From contig JAFDDG010000007.1 in NCBI GenBank assembly GCA_019310965.1, positions 62,240 to 126,239 of the forward strand: 64,000 bases of DNA, given 5' to 3'. The DNA comes from Deltaproteobacteria bacterium (GTDB lineage Bacteria > Myxococcota_A > UBA9160 > SMWR01). The position numbers and the translations under genes were made by a program. The notes beneath the pieces were generated by a model that was given only the letters and a program-made list of their open reading frames with translations, did no database searches and had not been told where the DNA came from. Numbering within the stretch: the stretch's first letter is position 1; each line of letters starts with the position of its first letter. This document shows, in pieces, positions 8,690 through 23,263 of the stretch.

Positions 8690-8795
8690 CCATTGAGGTA
8701 TCGGTGAAAGGCTGTGTGGCCTTGAAGCACCGCTGGTGCAGAAACCACAAACGAACCGGCAACTTGGAGGCAAATGACCCGCAGCCAGAGGGCCC

Positions 8796-9734
8796 CTAGG
8801 CCCGGAAATGGCTCCAGCCCGCCGCCTTCCGGCGCGGGGCCCGGCCCGCCGCCACGTGACCGATGCAGGTGACCGACACAGCCAGCCGCCGGGACAGCGC
8901 GGCTTCCGAGAGGGCGCCGGGCCGCAGCGTGAAGAGCAGCTCGTAGTCTTCACCGCCACCGCGGGCCAGGGCTTCCGGGTCGAGCCCGAGCCGCGCACAC
9001 GCCGCGCGAAAGCCCCGCACCACGGGCAACCGCTCGACGTCGAGGTGCGGCCGGAGCGGCCGGCCGCCAAAGAGCTGCGCGAGATCGGCATCCAGGCCAT
9101 CCGACACGTCGATGCATGCGCCCACACCTCGCATGCGCGCCAGCGCGCGGCCCGCCGCGAGACGCGGCTCGGCTACGAAGCGCACCCGCCCTCCCCGCTC
9201 AGCTCGCGAGCGATCCAGCGCGGCGGCACCCAGCACGCCGGTGACATAGATCCCGTCTCCCGCCCGCGCCCCGCGGCGCGTCAGCGCGCACCCGCGCTTC
9301 ACCGCGCCCAGCACCGTGAGCGTCAGCGACACTTCCCGGGCCGCGCTGCAGTTGCCGCCCACCAACGGACAGCCGTGGAGCTCCGCCTCGTCGAGCAACC
9401 CGCGCAACAACCCGTCCACGACACGCACATCGAGTCGAGGCGGCGCGGCCAGGGCCCACAAGAACCCCAAGGGCCGCGCTCCCATCGCCGCCAGATCCGA
9501 GAGGTTCGCCACCAGAGCCCGCCGCCCCACCGACCGCGCACTCTCGTTGCCGAACCGGAAGTGCACCCCCTCGACCATCGCATCCGTGGAGGCGACGATG
9601 TCCTCACCCGTGCGCGGCCGCAACACCGCAGCGTCGTCCCCGATCCCGAGCGCCACCGCACCCGCCGGCCGCCGCCCCGCCGCGCGCCGAATCCGCTCGA
9701 TCAACCCAAATTCCCCAAGCTCCCGCAACTCCAC
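8796..9734 (-). CDS. thiL: Thiamine-monophosphate kinase
   Basis: [40 protein letters not shown] and a C-terminal [10 protein letters not shown]. Confidence 0.85.
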   Translation of the reverse strand: MELRELGEFGLIERIRRAAGRRPAGAVALGIGDDAAVLRPRTGEDIVASTDAMVEGVHFRFGNESARSVGRRALVANLSDLAAMGARPLGFLWALAAPPRLDVRVVDGLLRGLLDEAELHGCPLVGGNCSAAREVSLTLTVLGAVKRGCALTRRGARAGDGIYVTGVLGAAALDRSRAERGGRVRFVAEPRLAAGRALARMRGVGACIDVSDGLDADLAQLFGGRPLRPHLDVERLPVVRGFRAACARLGLDPEALARGGGEDYELLFTLRPGALSEAALSRRLAVSVTCIGHVAAGRAPRRKAAGWSHFRA

Positions 9735-9943
9735 AAGCCAAGCCTAATCCAATCCCCCCCCAAACCGCGCAATCGCCCACGCACACACCCGCACTCTCAC
9801 CCCTCAAAGAAGCGACGGGACTCGGAGGAGCGCCCGCAGCCAGGCCGCTGGAGGCGAACTCAGCGCAGACGAGCCGACTGCCCCCGACACGAATCCGGGC
9901 ACCCACCCGTCCCCACCCACCGAGCAGCACGAAGCGAGACGAG

Positions 9944-10039
9944 CCATTCGCCGGAAGCGGCCTGGCGGAGGGCGCGTCAGCCCGAGACCACCCCCCCCAT
10001 TCGCCGGAAGCGGCCTGGCGGAGGGCGCGTCGACCCGAG
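9944..10039. repeat. Two copies of a 43-nt direct repeat (2 mismatches, 53-nt period) in the lon-thiL intergenic region
   Basis: CCATTCGCCGGAAGCGGCCTGGCGGAGGGCGCGTC(AG/GA)CCCGAG occurs at 9944-9986 and 9997-10039. Each copy contains an imperfect hairpin, CGCCGG..CCTGGCG. Confidence 0.85.
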
Positions 10040-10052
10040 GTTGGCGCCCCGG

Positions 10053-12464
<2,412 letters not shown>

Positions 12465-12525
12465 GCCCTGTGTAATCGACAGGGCTCCGACCCGGCTTGA
12501 ACGATTTCAATAAACTTTCAAGAAT

Positions 12526-14553
12526 TCAGTCGACGGCGAGAATCTGGCCCCGCTCGACGCGCAACAGGAAGGGACGCTTGCGAGCGTTGCCGTCGGCACT
12601 CATGCTGAGCGTGCCAGTGACTCCGGGGTAGGAGGCGACGTCGAGCACGCCGTCGCGCACCTCCTCGCGTGACTCGCGACCCCTGGCGAGCTGGATCAGC
12701 ACCAGGTTCGCCGCATCGAACGCCTGGGCGGCCAGCACGTCCGGCGGGTGGGCGTAGGCGGTGTGGAAGCGACCGGTGAACTCGCGCACCGGCGCCACCT
12801 CGCTCCCGCCGTGGAAGTGCACGGTGTAGTGCGCACCCTCGACGTGCTTGCGGGCGATCTTCACCAGGTCGGCGTGATGCCAGCCGTTCGGACCGAGCAA
12901 AGTGGCGCCATTGGCTTCATGAAAAGCGAGCTGCGGCGCGATCAGCACGACCTTGTCGTGCGATTCCGGAATGAAGAGGGCGTCGTAGTCGACCTGCGGC
13001 GGCAGGGGAGCGCCGTCCGGACCCGTGAGCTCCCGTGCCTCCTGACGCAGCTCGATCGCCTCCTCCGGCGGCAAGCGACGGGCCCGACGCTCCATCTCCT
13101 CACGCGTCTTCAGCACCTGCTTCTCGTCGTCCGTCAGCAGCTCGTACCCCACCAGACGTCGGATTGGCTTCGCGAAATCCGTCGCGCCGGAGTCGTAGCC
13201 CGCCACACCGACGATGCGTCCACCCCGCCTCTCGACCTCTTCCCAGAAGAGCCGGCGCAGGCCACGCCCGTACGCGTCGCGCGGGTAGAGAATGGCGAAG
13301 CGCTGTGCACCCAGGTTGTGAATTGCATGGTGAACGAGCGCCTGTACTTCTTCCTCGGCGCGAGTACGCACGCGGAAGACGAAGGGTCGCCGCGCGCTCA
13401 CATCCTCCCGGGCGGTGAGTGTGATGAGCGGCACCTCGCGGCGCTCGGCGGCCCGGGCGGCGGCTTCACATTCCTCACGCAGCAGGGGGCCGACGATCGC
13501 CGTCACGCCTGCATCGGCGAGCTCGTGCACGGCGCGCGCGGCCGCTTCGGGCCGGCCGCCACTGTCGCGCACCAGTACGCGCATCCGCGGCCCGTCGGCT
13601 CCGATGTCGAAGATTCCCGACGCCAACAACACGCCCTGCAGGCTCTCCTCCCCGAAGCGCGCGAAGCGACCGGTCAACGGCAGGACCACGCCGATCGCAC
13701 CCGACGCCCCACCCGTCGAGTGAGTAAAGCGGCTCGCCGCATCCGCGAGGCTCGGCAGAGCCACCGGATCGACCGGCCCCTCCTCGCGCAGTCGCAGACG
13801 CTCGGTCACGGCGGCGAGACGCGCCGCGTACGCCGGCGCGACCCCCAGCCGCGAAGCGCGGGCCAGCTGACGCCGCGCGTCCTCGATGCCGTCGGCATCG
13901 AGAGACAGCTCGGCCGCCTTGACGAGTGCGCGGCCCGCCGGCACGGCGCGCCCAATTTCATCCGCCGCACTCAGCAGCGCGCCGCGATCGAGATACAAGA
14001 GTTCCTGATCGATCTCCACGTCGACGAGTGCAACCGCATCGTCGTCCGCCGCATCCGCGCGCACCCGAGCGAGCCAGCGCAGGCGCTCCACCGGGTCGCC
14101 CGCCGCATCCACCAGCAGGCGGTGTGCAGCGACGCGCTCCGAGTCGGTCAGTCGCGCCAGTCGAATCGCGCGCAGGCGCACCGCAGCTGCGTCCCGGTTG
14201 CCGCGGGTCAGCTCGATGCGAGCAAGCGCGAGCCGCGCGGCGTCGCTGCGGTCGCCGTTCGGGTGATACTGCACGGCCCACGCGTAATGCATGGCCGCCC
14301 TCTCCGTATCGCCGCGCCGCGCCGCCATACCCGCCAGCCGCACCGCGGCGTCGTCCGCCAACGCGCTGGCCGGGTGGCTCTCGAGAAAGGCGGCCAGCGC
14401 CGCCTCGGTTTCGGAGCTGGAAGCCCGGGTCGTCGCCGCGTAGGCAGCGCGCTCTTCGTCGCTGACCCGCGGACCCCTGCCCACGGGTAGATTCGCGCAG
14501 CCGGCCACGAGCAGCAGGGCCAGGACCCCGCCGGTCCGGCGCCACGCGCTCAC
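12526..14553 (-). CDS. LpoA-like lipoprotein (N-terminal TPR-like region plus type-I periplasmic-binding fold)
   Basis: Lipobox LLLVAGC. A helical Ala/Arg-rich repeat region is followed by a LivJ-like domain ([16 protein letters not shown]...). The size (675 aa) and architecture match E. coli LpoA. The GTG start overlaps the dnaJ stop (GTGA). Confidence 0.55.
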   Translation of the reverse strand: MSAWRRTGGVLALLLVAGCANLPVGRGPRVSDEERAAYAATTRASSSETEAALAAFLESHPASALADDAAVRLAGMAARRGDTERAAMHYAWAVQYHPNGDRSDAARLALARIELTRGNRDAAAVRLRAIRLARLTDSERVAAHRLLVDAAGDPVERLRWLARVRADAADDDAVALVDVEIDQELLYLDRGALLSAADEIGRAVPAGRALVKAAELSLDADGIEDARRQLARASRLGVAPAYAARLAAVTERLRLREEGPVDPVALPSLADAASRFTHSTGGASGAIGVVLPLTGRFARFGEESLQGVLLASGIFDIGADGPRMRVLVRDSGGRPEAAARAVHELADAGVTAIVGPLLREECEAAARAAERREVPLITLTAREDVSARRPFVFRVRTRAEEEVQALVHHAIHNLGAQRFAILYPRDAYGRGLRRLFWEEVERRGGRIVGVAGYDSGATDFAKPIRRLVGYELLTDDEKQVLKTREEMERRARRLPPEEAIELRQEARELTGPDGAPLPPQVDYDALFIPESHDKVVLIAPQLAFHEANGATLLGPNGWHHADLVKIARKHVEGAHYTVHFHGGSEVAPVREFTGRFHTAYAHPPDVLAAQAFDAANLVLIQLARGRESREEVRDGVLDVASYPGVTGTLSMSADGNARKRPFLLRVERGQILAVD

Positions 14554-15683
14554 TCGAAGAGATCTCGCAACTTGTCGAGGAAGCTTCGGGTCACCGGCGA
14601 CACCTCTTCGCCAGCCTCGCCGGCGAACTCCTCGAGCAACTCGCGCTGGCGCTTCGAGAGCTTCGACGGGACCTCGGCAAAGATGTGCAAGAGCTGGTCG
14701 CCGCGGACCGATGAGCGCAGCGTCGGCACTCCCTTGCCCCGCAGGCGGAGTATCTTTCCCGTCTGCGTGCCGGCGGGAACCTTGAGCGTGACCTTGCCGC
14801 CGAGAGTCGGCACTTCGATCTCATCGCCCAGTGCGGCCTGCACGAACGACACCGGCACCTGGCAGTGCAAATCCGCGCCGTCGCGCTCGAAGAGCGGATG
14901 CGGCTTGAGCGAGAGCACCACGAAGAGGTCACCTGGCGGTCCCCCGGCGATGCCGGCTTCGCCCTCGCCCGACAGACGCAGCCGCATGCCGTCGTCGACC
15001 CCGGCAGGCACTTTGACACGGATGGCTTGCTGACCCTCGACGCGCCCGGCACCCCGGCAGTCGCTGCAGCGTTCGCGAACGATCTCGCCGGCGCCGGCGC
15101 AGGCATCACACGGGCGACTCACCCGGAAAAAGCCCTGCTGGAAGACCACCTGCCCCATGCCGCCACAGCGCGAGCAGGGCTCGGGCTGCGTGCCGGGCCG
15201 AGCGCCACTGCCGGAGCAGGTGCCACAGGGACGCATCTTCGGGATCTCGATCGAGGCTTCCAGCCCATCGACCACTTCGGCCAGCTCGATTTCCAGGTTG
15301 TACCGCAGGTCCGCGCCGCGCTGGCCGCGGCCCGCGCGGCGGCGCCCGCCATGCTGGCCGCCGAAGAGGTCACCGAAGACGTCGCTGAAGAGGTCCGTGA
15401 AATTTCCGAGGTCGCCGAAATCCTGGAAGCCGCCGGGGCCGCCCGGGCCACCCGCAGCACCAACCCCGTCGAAGCCGAAGCGATCGTAGGCACGTCGTTT
15501 CTCGTCGTCGGAGAGCACCGCGTAGGCCTCGGAGGCCTCCTTGAAACGCTCCTCGGCCGCCTCATCCCCGGGATTGCGATCCGGGTGGTTCTCGAGCGCG
15601 GTCTTGCGGTAGGCCTTCTTCAGCTCGCCCGACGAAACGTCGCGCGGAACGCCCAGAACTTCGTAGTAATCGCGCTTCGCCAC
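14550..15683 (-). CDS. dnaJ: Chaperone DnaJ
   Basis: J domain DYYEVLGV...HPDRNPGD, a G/F region, and four CxxCxGxG zinc-finger repeats. Confidence 0.95.
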   Translation of the reverse strand: MAKRDYYEVLGVPRDVSSGELKKAYRKTALENHPDRNPGDEAAEERFKEASEAYAVLSDDEKRRAYDRFGFDGVGAAGGPGGPGGFQDFGDLGNFTDLFSDVFGDLFGGQHGGRRRAGRGQRGADLRYNLEIELAEVVDGLEASIEIPKMRPCGTCSGSGARPGTQPEPCSRCGGMGQVVFQQGFFRVSRPCDACAGAGEIVRERCSDCRGAGRVEGQQAIRVKVPAGVDDGMRLRLSGEGEAGIAGGPPGDLFVVLSLKPHPLFERDGADLHCQVPVSFVQAALGDEIEVPTLGGKVTLKVPAGTQTGKILRLRGKGVPTLRSSVRGDQLLHIFAEVPSKLSKRQRELLEEFAGEAGEEVSPVTRSFLDKLRDLFE

Positions 15684-15757
15684 GTGACGGGGCCTGCGGC
15701 CGGATGGGCTCGGTGGAGAGGAAGGTGTCGGGAAGCGGCGTCCGAAGGGGACGCGCT

Positions 15758-17581
<1,824 letters not shown>

Positions 17582-17630
17582 GATCGGTGCGCCCCCCCCC
17601 TTTTTCTCGGAGAGGCGGGCGCCGCTGGGC

Positions 17631-18353
17631 TCAATCCGCTTCCCCCGCAGCCTCTTCCGGCTGCTCTGCTTCGTCGTCCTTCGGCGATTCCGGCGCCACA
17701 GCCGTCGACACGATGACCCGCGCGGGGCGCAACAACCGGTCTCGCAGCCTGTATCCCGTTTGCATCTCCTCGATGACCGTGTTGGCGGCCACCGAATCGT
17801 CTGGTACCTGGGCCATTGCCTCGTGAACTGCCGGGTCGAAGAGTTGCCCCTCGGCCTCGATGCGTACGACTCCGTGTTTCGTCAGAGCCGCCAGCAGCTC
17901 CCGCTGCACGAGCTCGACACCCTGCAAAAGACCATCCAAGTCCCCGCCCTCGCTCTGTCGAGCGTGGTCGGTGGCGCGCTCCAGGTTATCGACCGTGGCG
18001 AGGAGATCCTTGACGAGATTCTGATGACCGTACTGGTTGCTCTCCGTGCGCTCCTTGGTCGCGCGGCGCCGAAAATTCTCGAAATCCGCCTGGAGCCGCA
18101 GCAGCCGGTCCTCGGTGGCCTTGAGCTGCGCCGCGACGGCTTCCGGCAGCTCGGCGTCCGGTTCGCCGGGCTCGTCACCCGCGGGGGAAGCGTCCGCGAC
18201 CGTCTGGTGCGCGTCCACCGCGGCAGCAGCCTCGCGCAGGGCCTCCTCGAGCTCGGGGTTCTCGGGAAGGCTGGGGCCATCCTCGGCCAGGGATTCCCAT
18301 CCCTCCGAGGGCTCGCGCTCCGTCTCGGGCGGCTTCGACTTCTTGCGGCTCAT
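17631..18353 (-). CDS. grpE: Nucleotide exchange factor GrpE
   Basis: The ATG at 18353 overlaps the hrcA stop (ATGA). [13 protein letters not shown] and FDPAVHEAM motifs are present. The track ORF is 5'-extended shadow. Confidence 0.9.
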   Translation of the reverse strand: MSRKKSKPPETEREPSEGWESLAEDGPSLPENPELEEALREAAAAVDAHQTVADASPAGDEPGEPDAELPEAVAAQLKATEDRLLRLQADFENFRRRATKERTESNQYGHQNLVKDLLATVDNLERATDHARQSEGGDLDGLLQGVELVQRELLAALTKHGVVRIEAEGQLFDPAVHEAMAQVPDDSVAANTVIEEMQTGYRLRDRLLRPARVIVSTAVAPESPKDDEAEQPEEAAGEAD

Positions 18354-19375
18354 GAAACCAGCTTGCCGGTGACGCTCTGGGACAGATACTCGACCAGCGG
18401 AATCACCCGGGCGAAGTCCATGCGGCTGGGCCCGATCACCCCGAGCACGCCGAGCGGGGCGCGCCCGCCGCCGCCGCCGTAGTGCGAAGCAACCAGCGCG
18501 CAGCGGCGCAGGGCCGGATCGTCGAGCTCTTCGCCGATGGCAACGCTCACGCCGTCGAGGTCGAGCACCTCGTCGAGCACGTCGAGCAGCCCCGTCTTGG
18601 TCTCCAGTGCCTCGAAGAGATCGCGCAGCCTGCGCGGATCGCTGAACTCCGGCTGTTCGAGCAGCATGAGATGCGTCTCGATGATCAGATCCGCCGGCTC
18701 GCTGCCGGTGGCGGCCAGTGCGCGGCAGCCGAGCTCGAGCGCCTTGGCGAGCAGTGCGTTGGCCTCGCGTCGCAGCTCCCGCGCCTCGCACTCGAGGCGC
18801 TCGCGAACATCCTTCAGGGTGCGCCCCGCCACGCGCTCCGAGAGCAACGTCGCCATTCGATCCAGGCGCGTCTGATCGAGATCAGGGTCGGCGGCGATCG
18901 CTCGCCGCACGACGCCGGTGTCCGTTACCAGCACGACCAGCAGGCGATCGCTCGCCACGCGCACCAGGCTCACATGGCGCAGCACCGCACGATCGACGCG
19001 CGGCGCCGAGACGAAGCCGAGCTGGCGGGTATGCTGCGACAGCATGCGCGAGGCCGCCGCGACGATCCCCTCGCCTTCTGCCGTCTCGAACTCGTAGTCG
19101 ATATCGCGCTGCTCGGAGCGCGGCAGGTCGGCGGGAGCCAGCAGCTCGTCGACGAAGACCCGCAGGCCGGCCTCCGTCGGCACGCGCCCGGAGGATCGGT
19201 GCGGCTTCTCGACCAACCCAAGCTGGGTGAGCTGCGCCAGGGTGTTGCGCACGCTGGCCGCCGAGAGCGCCACAGGCAGCAGGTGCGCGATCATCTGCGA
19301 GCCCACCGGCGCCGCCGCGCCCACGTAGCTCGCCACGACGGCGCGCAGGACAGCGGCCTGGCGTTCGCTGATCAT
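18350..19375 (-). CDS. hrcA: Heat-inducible transcription repressor HrcA
   Basis: MISERQAAVLRAVVASYVGAAAPVGSQ... followed by SAASVRNTLAQLTQLGLVEKPHRSSGRVPT. The internal ATG at 19375 was chosen as the start. Confidence 0.9.
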   Translation of the reverse strand: MISERQAAVLRAVVASYVGAAAPVGSQMIAHLLPVALSAASVRNTLAQLTQLGLVEKPHRSSGRVPTEAGLRVFVDELLAPADLPRSEQRDIDYEFETAEGEGIVAAASRMLSQHTRQLGFVSAPRVDRAVLRHVSLVRVASDRLLVVLVTDTGVVRRAIAADPDLDQTRLDRMATLLSERVAGRTLKDVRERLECEARELRREANALLAKALELGCRALAATGSEPADLIIETHLMLLEQPEFSDPRRLRDLFEALETKTGLLDVLDEVLDLDGVSVAIGEELDDPALRRCALVASHYGGGGGRAPLGVLGVIGPSRMDFARVIPLVEYLSQSVTGKLVS

Positions 19376-19424
19376 TTCGGAACCGGTGGCGCATTCGCGC
19401 CAAGACACTCTCACCACGCCCCGG

Positions 19425-19453
19425 AGAGTATTTCCGGCATTGCCACGCGTCAA
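19425..19453 (-). promoter_or_regulatory. Candidate sigma70-type promoter of hrcA with an overlapping inverted repeat
   Basis: The minus strand reads TTGACG (19453-19448), a 17-nt spacer, then TACTCT (19430-19425). The inverted repeat ACTCTC-N11-GAGAGT (19407-19429) overlaps the -10 and the predicted start site. Confidence 0.3.
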
Positions 19454-19467
19454 TCAAACGCGGCGCA

Positions 19468-20640
19468 TCAGACGAAATATCTGAAGACCGTGTCTGCGAG
19501 CCGGCGCCCCGCGGCGGTGAGCTTGAGGTCGCCGGCGGCGGTCTCGTCGAGCAGCTGCTCCCGACGGCACGCATCGATGGCATCGGGCCAGAAACCCCGT
19601 GGGGGTTCGCCGAATTCGCCGGCAAAGCGCGCCGCGTCGACCCCATCCGCCGCACGCAGCCCGAGAAACACGGCCTCGCCCCGGGCGATCTGCGGCGTCA
19701 GCACCTCCACGTCCGCCGCCGCGTCGAAAGCGCCCCGCGCCGCCGCGCGCTCGTACTCCGCGAGATCGCGCGGGTTGGCGCGACGGACGCCATGGGGCAT
19801 CCCGACTCGGGGCGGATCCGTCGAGAACGCCCCCACCCCGAGCCCCAGCACCGGCCGCCGCAACCAGTAGCGACGGTTGTGCACGGCCTCGAAACCCGGC
19901 TTCGCGTAGTTGCTGATCTCGTAGCGGCGGTAGCCAGCCGCCGTGAGCCGTGCCTCGCAAGCATCGAGCATGTCGAGGACCGCATCCTCATCCGCACGCC
20001 GCAGTTGCCCGCGCGCAGCGGCCAGAGCGAACGGCGTGCCCGGCTCGATCGTCAGCTCGTAGGTCGACAGGTGCTCGGGAGCGAAAGCCAGGGCTTCTTC
20101 CAGGTCGGCGGCAAACTCCGCCGGCCCCTGGCCCGGCGCCGCCAGGATCAGGTCCACGGAGAGATTGGCGAAGCCCGCCGCACGCGCCGCGGCCAGGCTG
20201 GCCCGAGCCTCGTCGCCGGCGTGGGCACGTCCGAGGCGCTTGAGCGTCGCATCGGAAAAGGACTGCACGCCGATCGAGACGCGGCTCACGCCGGCCTCGC
20301 GAAAGCCGGGCAGCCGCTCCCGCTCGAGCGTGCCCGGGTTCATCTCGAGCGTGACCTCGGGTTCGGCCGCTGCCGCGGGGAAGCTCGCTCGGATCGCCTC
20401 CACCAGCCGCGCCACGCTCGCCGGCGTCAGCAACGAGGGCGTGCCGCCGCCGAGATACAAGCTCGCCAACCGGCGCCCGGCGAAGGCGGAGCGACGCTCC
20501 TCGAGCTCCGCGAGCAGCGCGTCGACGTAGAGCCCCTCGCGCTCACTGGCGAGCACGCGGGTCGCCACCACCGCAAAATCACAGTAGGGGCACACGCGAT
20601 CGCAGAACGGCACGTGCACGTAGACGCCGACGTTCTCCAC
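19468..20640 (-). CDS. hemW: Radical SAM heme chaperone HemW / oxygen-independent coproporphyrinogen-III oxidase-like protein
   Basis: The GTG at 20640 gives VENVGVYVHVPFCDRVCPYCDF (CxxxCxxC radical SAM motif). LYLGGGTPSLL and HLSTYELTIEPGT are also present. Confidence 0.85.
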   Translation of the reverse strand: MENVGVYVHVPFCDRVCPYCDFAVVATRVLASEREGLYVDALLAELEERRSAFAGRRLASLYLGGGTPSLLTPASVARLVEAIRASFPAAAAEPEVTLEMNPGTLERERLPGFREAGVSRVSIGVQSFSDATLKRLGRAHAGDEARASLAAARAAGFANLSVDLILAAPGQGPAEFAADLEEALAFAPEHLSTYELTIEPGTPFALAAARGQLRRADEDAVLDMLDACEARLTAAGYRRYEISNYAKPGFEAVHNRRYWLRRPVLGLGVGAFSTDPPRVGMPHGVRRANPRDLAEYERAAARGAFDAAADVEVLTPQIARGEAVFLGLRAADGVDAARFAGEFGEPPRGFWPDAIDACRREQLLDETAAGDLKLTAAGRRLADTVFRYFV

Positions 20641-20661
20641 GCACCCAGGGTACTTCGCCGC

Positions 20662-23238
20662 GTGCTCCGTTACTCTTCCGATGCCTTGAGCATCTCCGCC
20701 GAACGATTCGACAACGGCCTCACCCTGCTGCTGTGCCAGACGCGCCTCGCGCCCGTGGTGGAGGTCCAGGTGTGGGCGAACGTCGGGGCAGCGGACGAAC
20801 GCGAGGGCGAAGCCGGCCTGGCGCACTTCCTCGAGCACATGCTCTTCAAGGGCACCGAGCGACGCGGCGTCGGCGAAGTGGCCGGAGAGATCGAGGGAGC
20901 AGGCGGGCGCATCAACGCCTACACGTCCTTCGACGTCACCTGCTACCACGCGACACTCCCCGCCTCCGAGGCGACGCTCGGGCTCGACGTTCTCGCAGAC
21001 GCCACCACCTGCTCCCGCTTCGACGCCGATGAGATCACACGCGAGATCGAGGTGGTGCTGGAGGAGATCCGCCGCGGGGAGGATTCGCCGCTCTCCGTGC
21101 TGGGCGACACGCTCTTCGCGCGGGCGTATCGCACGCATCCCTACCGCGCACCGATCATCGGCTCGTCGGAGAGCGTCGAGCGCTTCGATCGCGCGTCGGT
21201 GCGGTCATTCTTCGAGCGCTGGTACACGCCGGAGCACCTGACTGTCGTGGCGGTCGGCGACTTCGATCCGGACGCCCTACGCGAGCAGGCGCGCGCATGC
21301 TTCGGCACTCTGCCCCGGGGCTCGGCACAGCGCGCGCGGCCAGTCGAGCCGTTGCCCGATGGCTTGCGCACCACTCTGGTGACCCGCCCGTTCGAGCGGG
21401 TGAATGTCGAGCTGGCACACCCGAGCGTCGGTCTCAGCCACCCCGACGCGGCGCTGCTCGATCTGCTCGCCTACGTCCTCGGCAGCGGAGACAGCAGCCG
21501 TCTGGCACGACACGTGCGCGAGCAGGCCGGTCTCGCCGATCGCATCGACGCCTCCTGCTACACCCCATTGGATCCGGGAGTCTTCTCGGTGGGCTTCGAA
21601 ACCGATGTGGAGCGCGCCGACGAGGCACTCGCCGCGGCGGTGGTGGAGCTCGAGCAGCTGCGCTCCGAGCCCGTGGCGGACGAAGAGCTCGAGAGGGCGC
21701 GCGCCAACTTCCTGGCCAGCGAGGACTTCGAACGCGAAAGCGTGTCGGGCCTCGCGCAGAAGTTCGGCAGCTTTCACCATCTGGCCGGCAGCACCCAGGC
21801 CGAAGCTCATTATCTGGCAGCGGTTCGCAAGGCCAGCGCCGGAGATCTCCTCCGCGTGGCGCGCGAACATCTCGCGCCAGAGCGCTTGACGGTGGCCGCC
21901 GTCGTGCCGACCGACGCCGCCGAGTTCGACGATGCGCGGCTGCAGGCGGCCGTGGCAAGCGGCGGCGAGCGCGCGGCACGCATGCGGCGGGCCCCGGCCA
22001 CCACCCGCAGCAGCCCGGAGTTGCACAGCTACCGCCTGGACAACGGTGCGCAGCTGCACGTGCTGCCGCGGCCGGAGGTGCCGGTGGTGGCGCTGCGCGC
22101 TGCCTTTCTCGGCGGACTGCTCGCCGAGACCCGCGACAGCGCCGGGCTCTCGGCATTCCTCTCGTCCATGTGGCTGCGCGGCACCGCCACGCATTCAGCG
22201 GCAGACTTCGCCCGCGCCAGCGAGGCGTTGCCGGCGGAGATCGACGGCTTCAGCGGTCGCAGCTCGATCGGCCTCACGCTCGAGACCACTGCCGCCAAGC
22301 TGCCGGCCGCCCTGGATCTCGCCTGCAAAGCGCTGCTCGAGCCCGCCTTCGACCCGGCGGAGATCGAGCGCGAGCGGCGCGAAACACTGGCGGCCATCGA
22401 GCGTCGAGAGGACCGGCTGGCACAGCGCGCGCTGATGCTCTTCACGGAGAAGCTCTTCGGCTCGCACCCGTACGCACGACCCATGTTGGGTTTTCGCGAG
22501 AGCGTGCCCCGCTTCGACCGCCAGGCTCTGGTGGCGCATCAACACAAGCTGATCCGCGGCCCGAACCTGGCCCTGGCCATCGCCGGCCAGGTGGATCCCG
22601 ACGAGATCGCGCAACGGGTGGCAGCGCGACTGGCCGATCTGGAGCCGGAGGCAGCCCCGCTGCCGCGGAGCACACCGGCGCCGGCGCTCGACACCGTGGT
22701 GCAGACCGAGCTGCGCAAGCAACGCGCCCAGGCCCACCTGGTGATCGGCTTCCTCGGGGTCAGCGTCGACGACAGCGACCGCTTCGCGCTCGACGTGCTG
22801 GCCCAGCTGCTCGCCGGCCAGGGGGGACGGCTCTTCCTGGAGCTGCGCGACCGGCAGGGCCTCGCCTACTCGGTCGGAGCCCACAACATGGAGGGTGTCG
22901 ATCCGGGATGGTTCGCCGTCTCGATCGCCACGGCACCGGAGAAGCTCGAGCGAGCGCGCAGCGGCCTCGTCGACGAGCTGCGCCGGCTGCTCGACGAGCT
23001 TCCCGGCGAGGCAGAGCTCGCGCGCGCGCGCCGCTACCTGATCGGCAATTTCCTGATCGATCGTCAGCGCAACGCGGTACACGCGGCCCAGGTCTCGCTC
23101 GATGCACTCTACGGTTTGGGCGCGAACGCGGCGTCCAGCTATCCCGATGATGTCGCCGCCGTTACCCGCGACGCCGTGCAACGCGTGGCCCAACGCATCG
23201 TAACCCTCGAGCGTTACGTCGAGGCACGAGTCGTCTGA
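20662..23238 (+). CDS. Tandem M16 (pitrilysin/insulinase) zinc peptidase, PqqL-like
   Basis: HFLEHMLFKG (HxxEH) plus the downstream EIRRGEDSP motif. The second half repeats the M16 fold without the zinc motif. The start is GTG 20662 or TTG 20686. Confidence 0.85.
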   Translation: MLRYSSDALSISAERFDNGLTLLLCQTRLAPVVEVQVWANVGAADEREGEAGLAHFLEHMLFKGTERRGVGEVAGEIEGAGGRINAYTSFDVTCYHATLPASEATLGLDVLADATTCSRFDADEITREIEVVLEEIRRGEDSPLSVLGDTLFARAYRTHPYRAPIIGSSESVERFDRASVRSFFERWYTPEHLTVVAVGDFDPDALREQARACFGTLPRGSAQRARPVEPLPDGLRTTLVTRPFERVNVELAHPSVGLSHPDAALLDLLAYVLGSGDSSRLARHVREQAGLADRIDASCYTPLDPGVFSVGFETDVERADEALAAAVVELEQLRSEPVADEELERARANFLASEDFERESVSGLAQKFGSFHHLAGSTQAEAHYLAAVRKASAGDLLRVAREHLAPERLTVAAVVPTDAAEFDDARLQAAVASGGERAARMRRAPATTRSSPELHSYRLDNGAQLHVLPRPEVPVVALRAAFLGGLLAETRDSAGLSAFLSSMWLRGTATHSAADFARASEALPAEIDGFSGRSSIGLTLETTAAKLPAALDLACKALLEPAFDPAEIERERRETLAAIERREDRLAQRALMLFTEKLFGSHPYARPMLGFRESVPRFDRQALVAHQHKLIRGPNLALAIAGQVDPDEIAQRVAARLADLEPEAAPLPRSTPAPALDTVVQTELRKQRAQAHLVIGFLGVSVDDSDRFALDVLAQLLAGQGGRLFLELRDRQGLAYSVGAHNMEGVDPGWFAVSIATAPEKLERARSGLVDELRRLLDELPGEAELARARRYLIGNFLIDRQRNAVHAAQVSLDALYGLGANAASSYPDDVAAVTRDAVQRVAQRIVTLERYVEARVV

Positions 23239-23263
23239 GGCCCCGCCGGCCCCGAGCTGCCGG

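Noticed and set aside
8699-8725. Sigma28 (FliA)-like promoter TCAAGGCC-N11-CACCGATA upstream of the MCP gene
   Set aside because: The -35 match is only partial. The -10-like element lies about 9 nt from the ATG, leaving essentially no leader or SD. There is no evidence that this organism has FliA.
8769-8788. Sigma54-like TGGC...TTGC element upstream of the MCP gene
   Set aside because: The GG-to-GC spacing is 3 nt longer than the -24/-12 consensus.
17592-17605. C9T5 homopolymer pair (A5G9 on the dnaK strand) 10-24 nt upstream of the dnaK ATG
   Set aside because: It most simply serves as the purine-rich ribosome-binding region. There is no frame consequence because it is non-coding. It is only a possible sequencing-error hotspot.
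19401-19432. CIRCE operator upstream of hrcA
   Set aside because: The best alignment matches only about half of each TTAGCACTC/GAGTGCTAA arm, with the wrong spacer (11-13 nt against 9 nt). I report it only as a different inverted repeat.
20641-20661. Only 21 nt between the divergent hemW and M16 protease starts
   Set aside because: Both starts are non-ATG and uncertain, and TTG 20686 is an alternative. The tight spacing is probably an annotation-choice effect and not a shared regulatory element.
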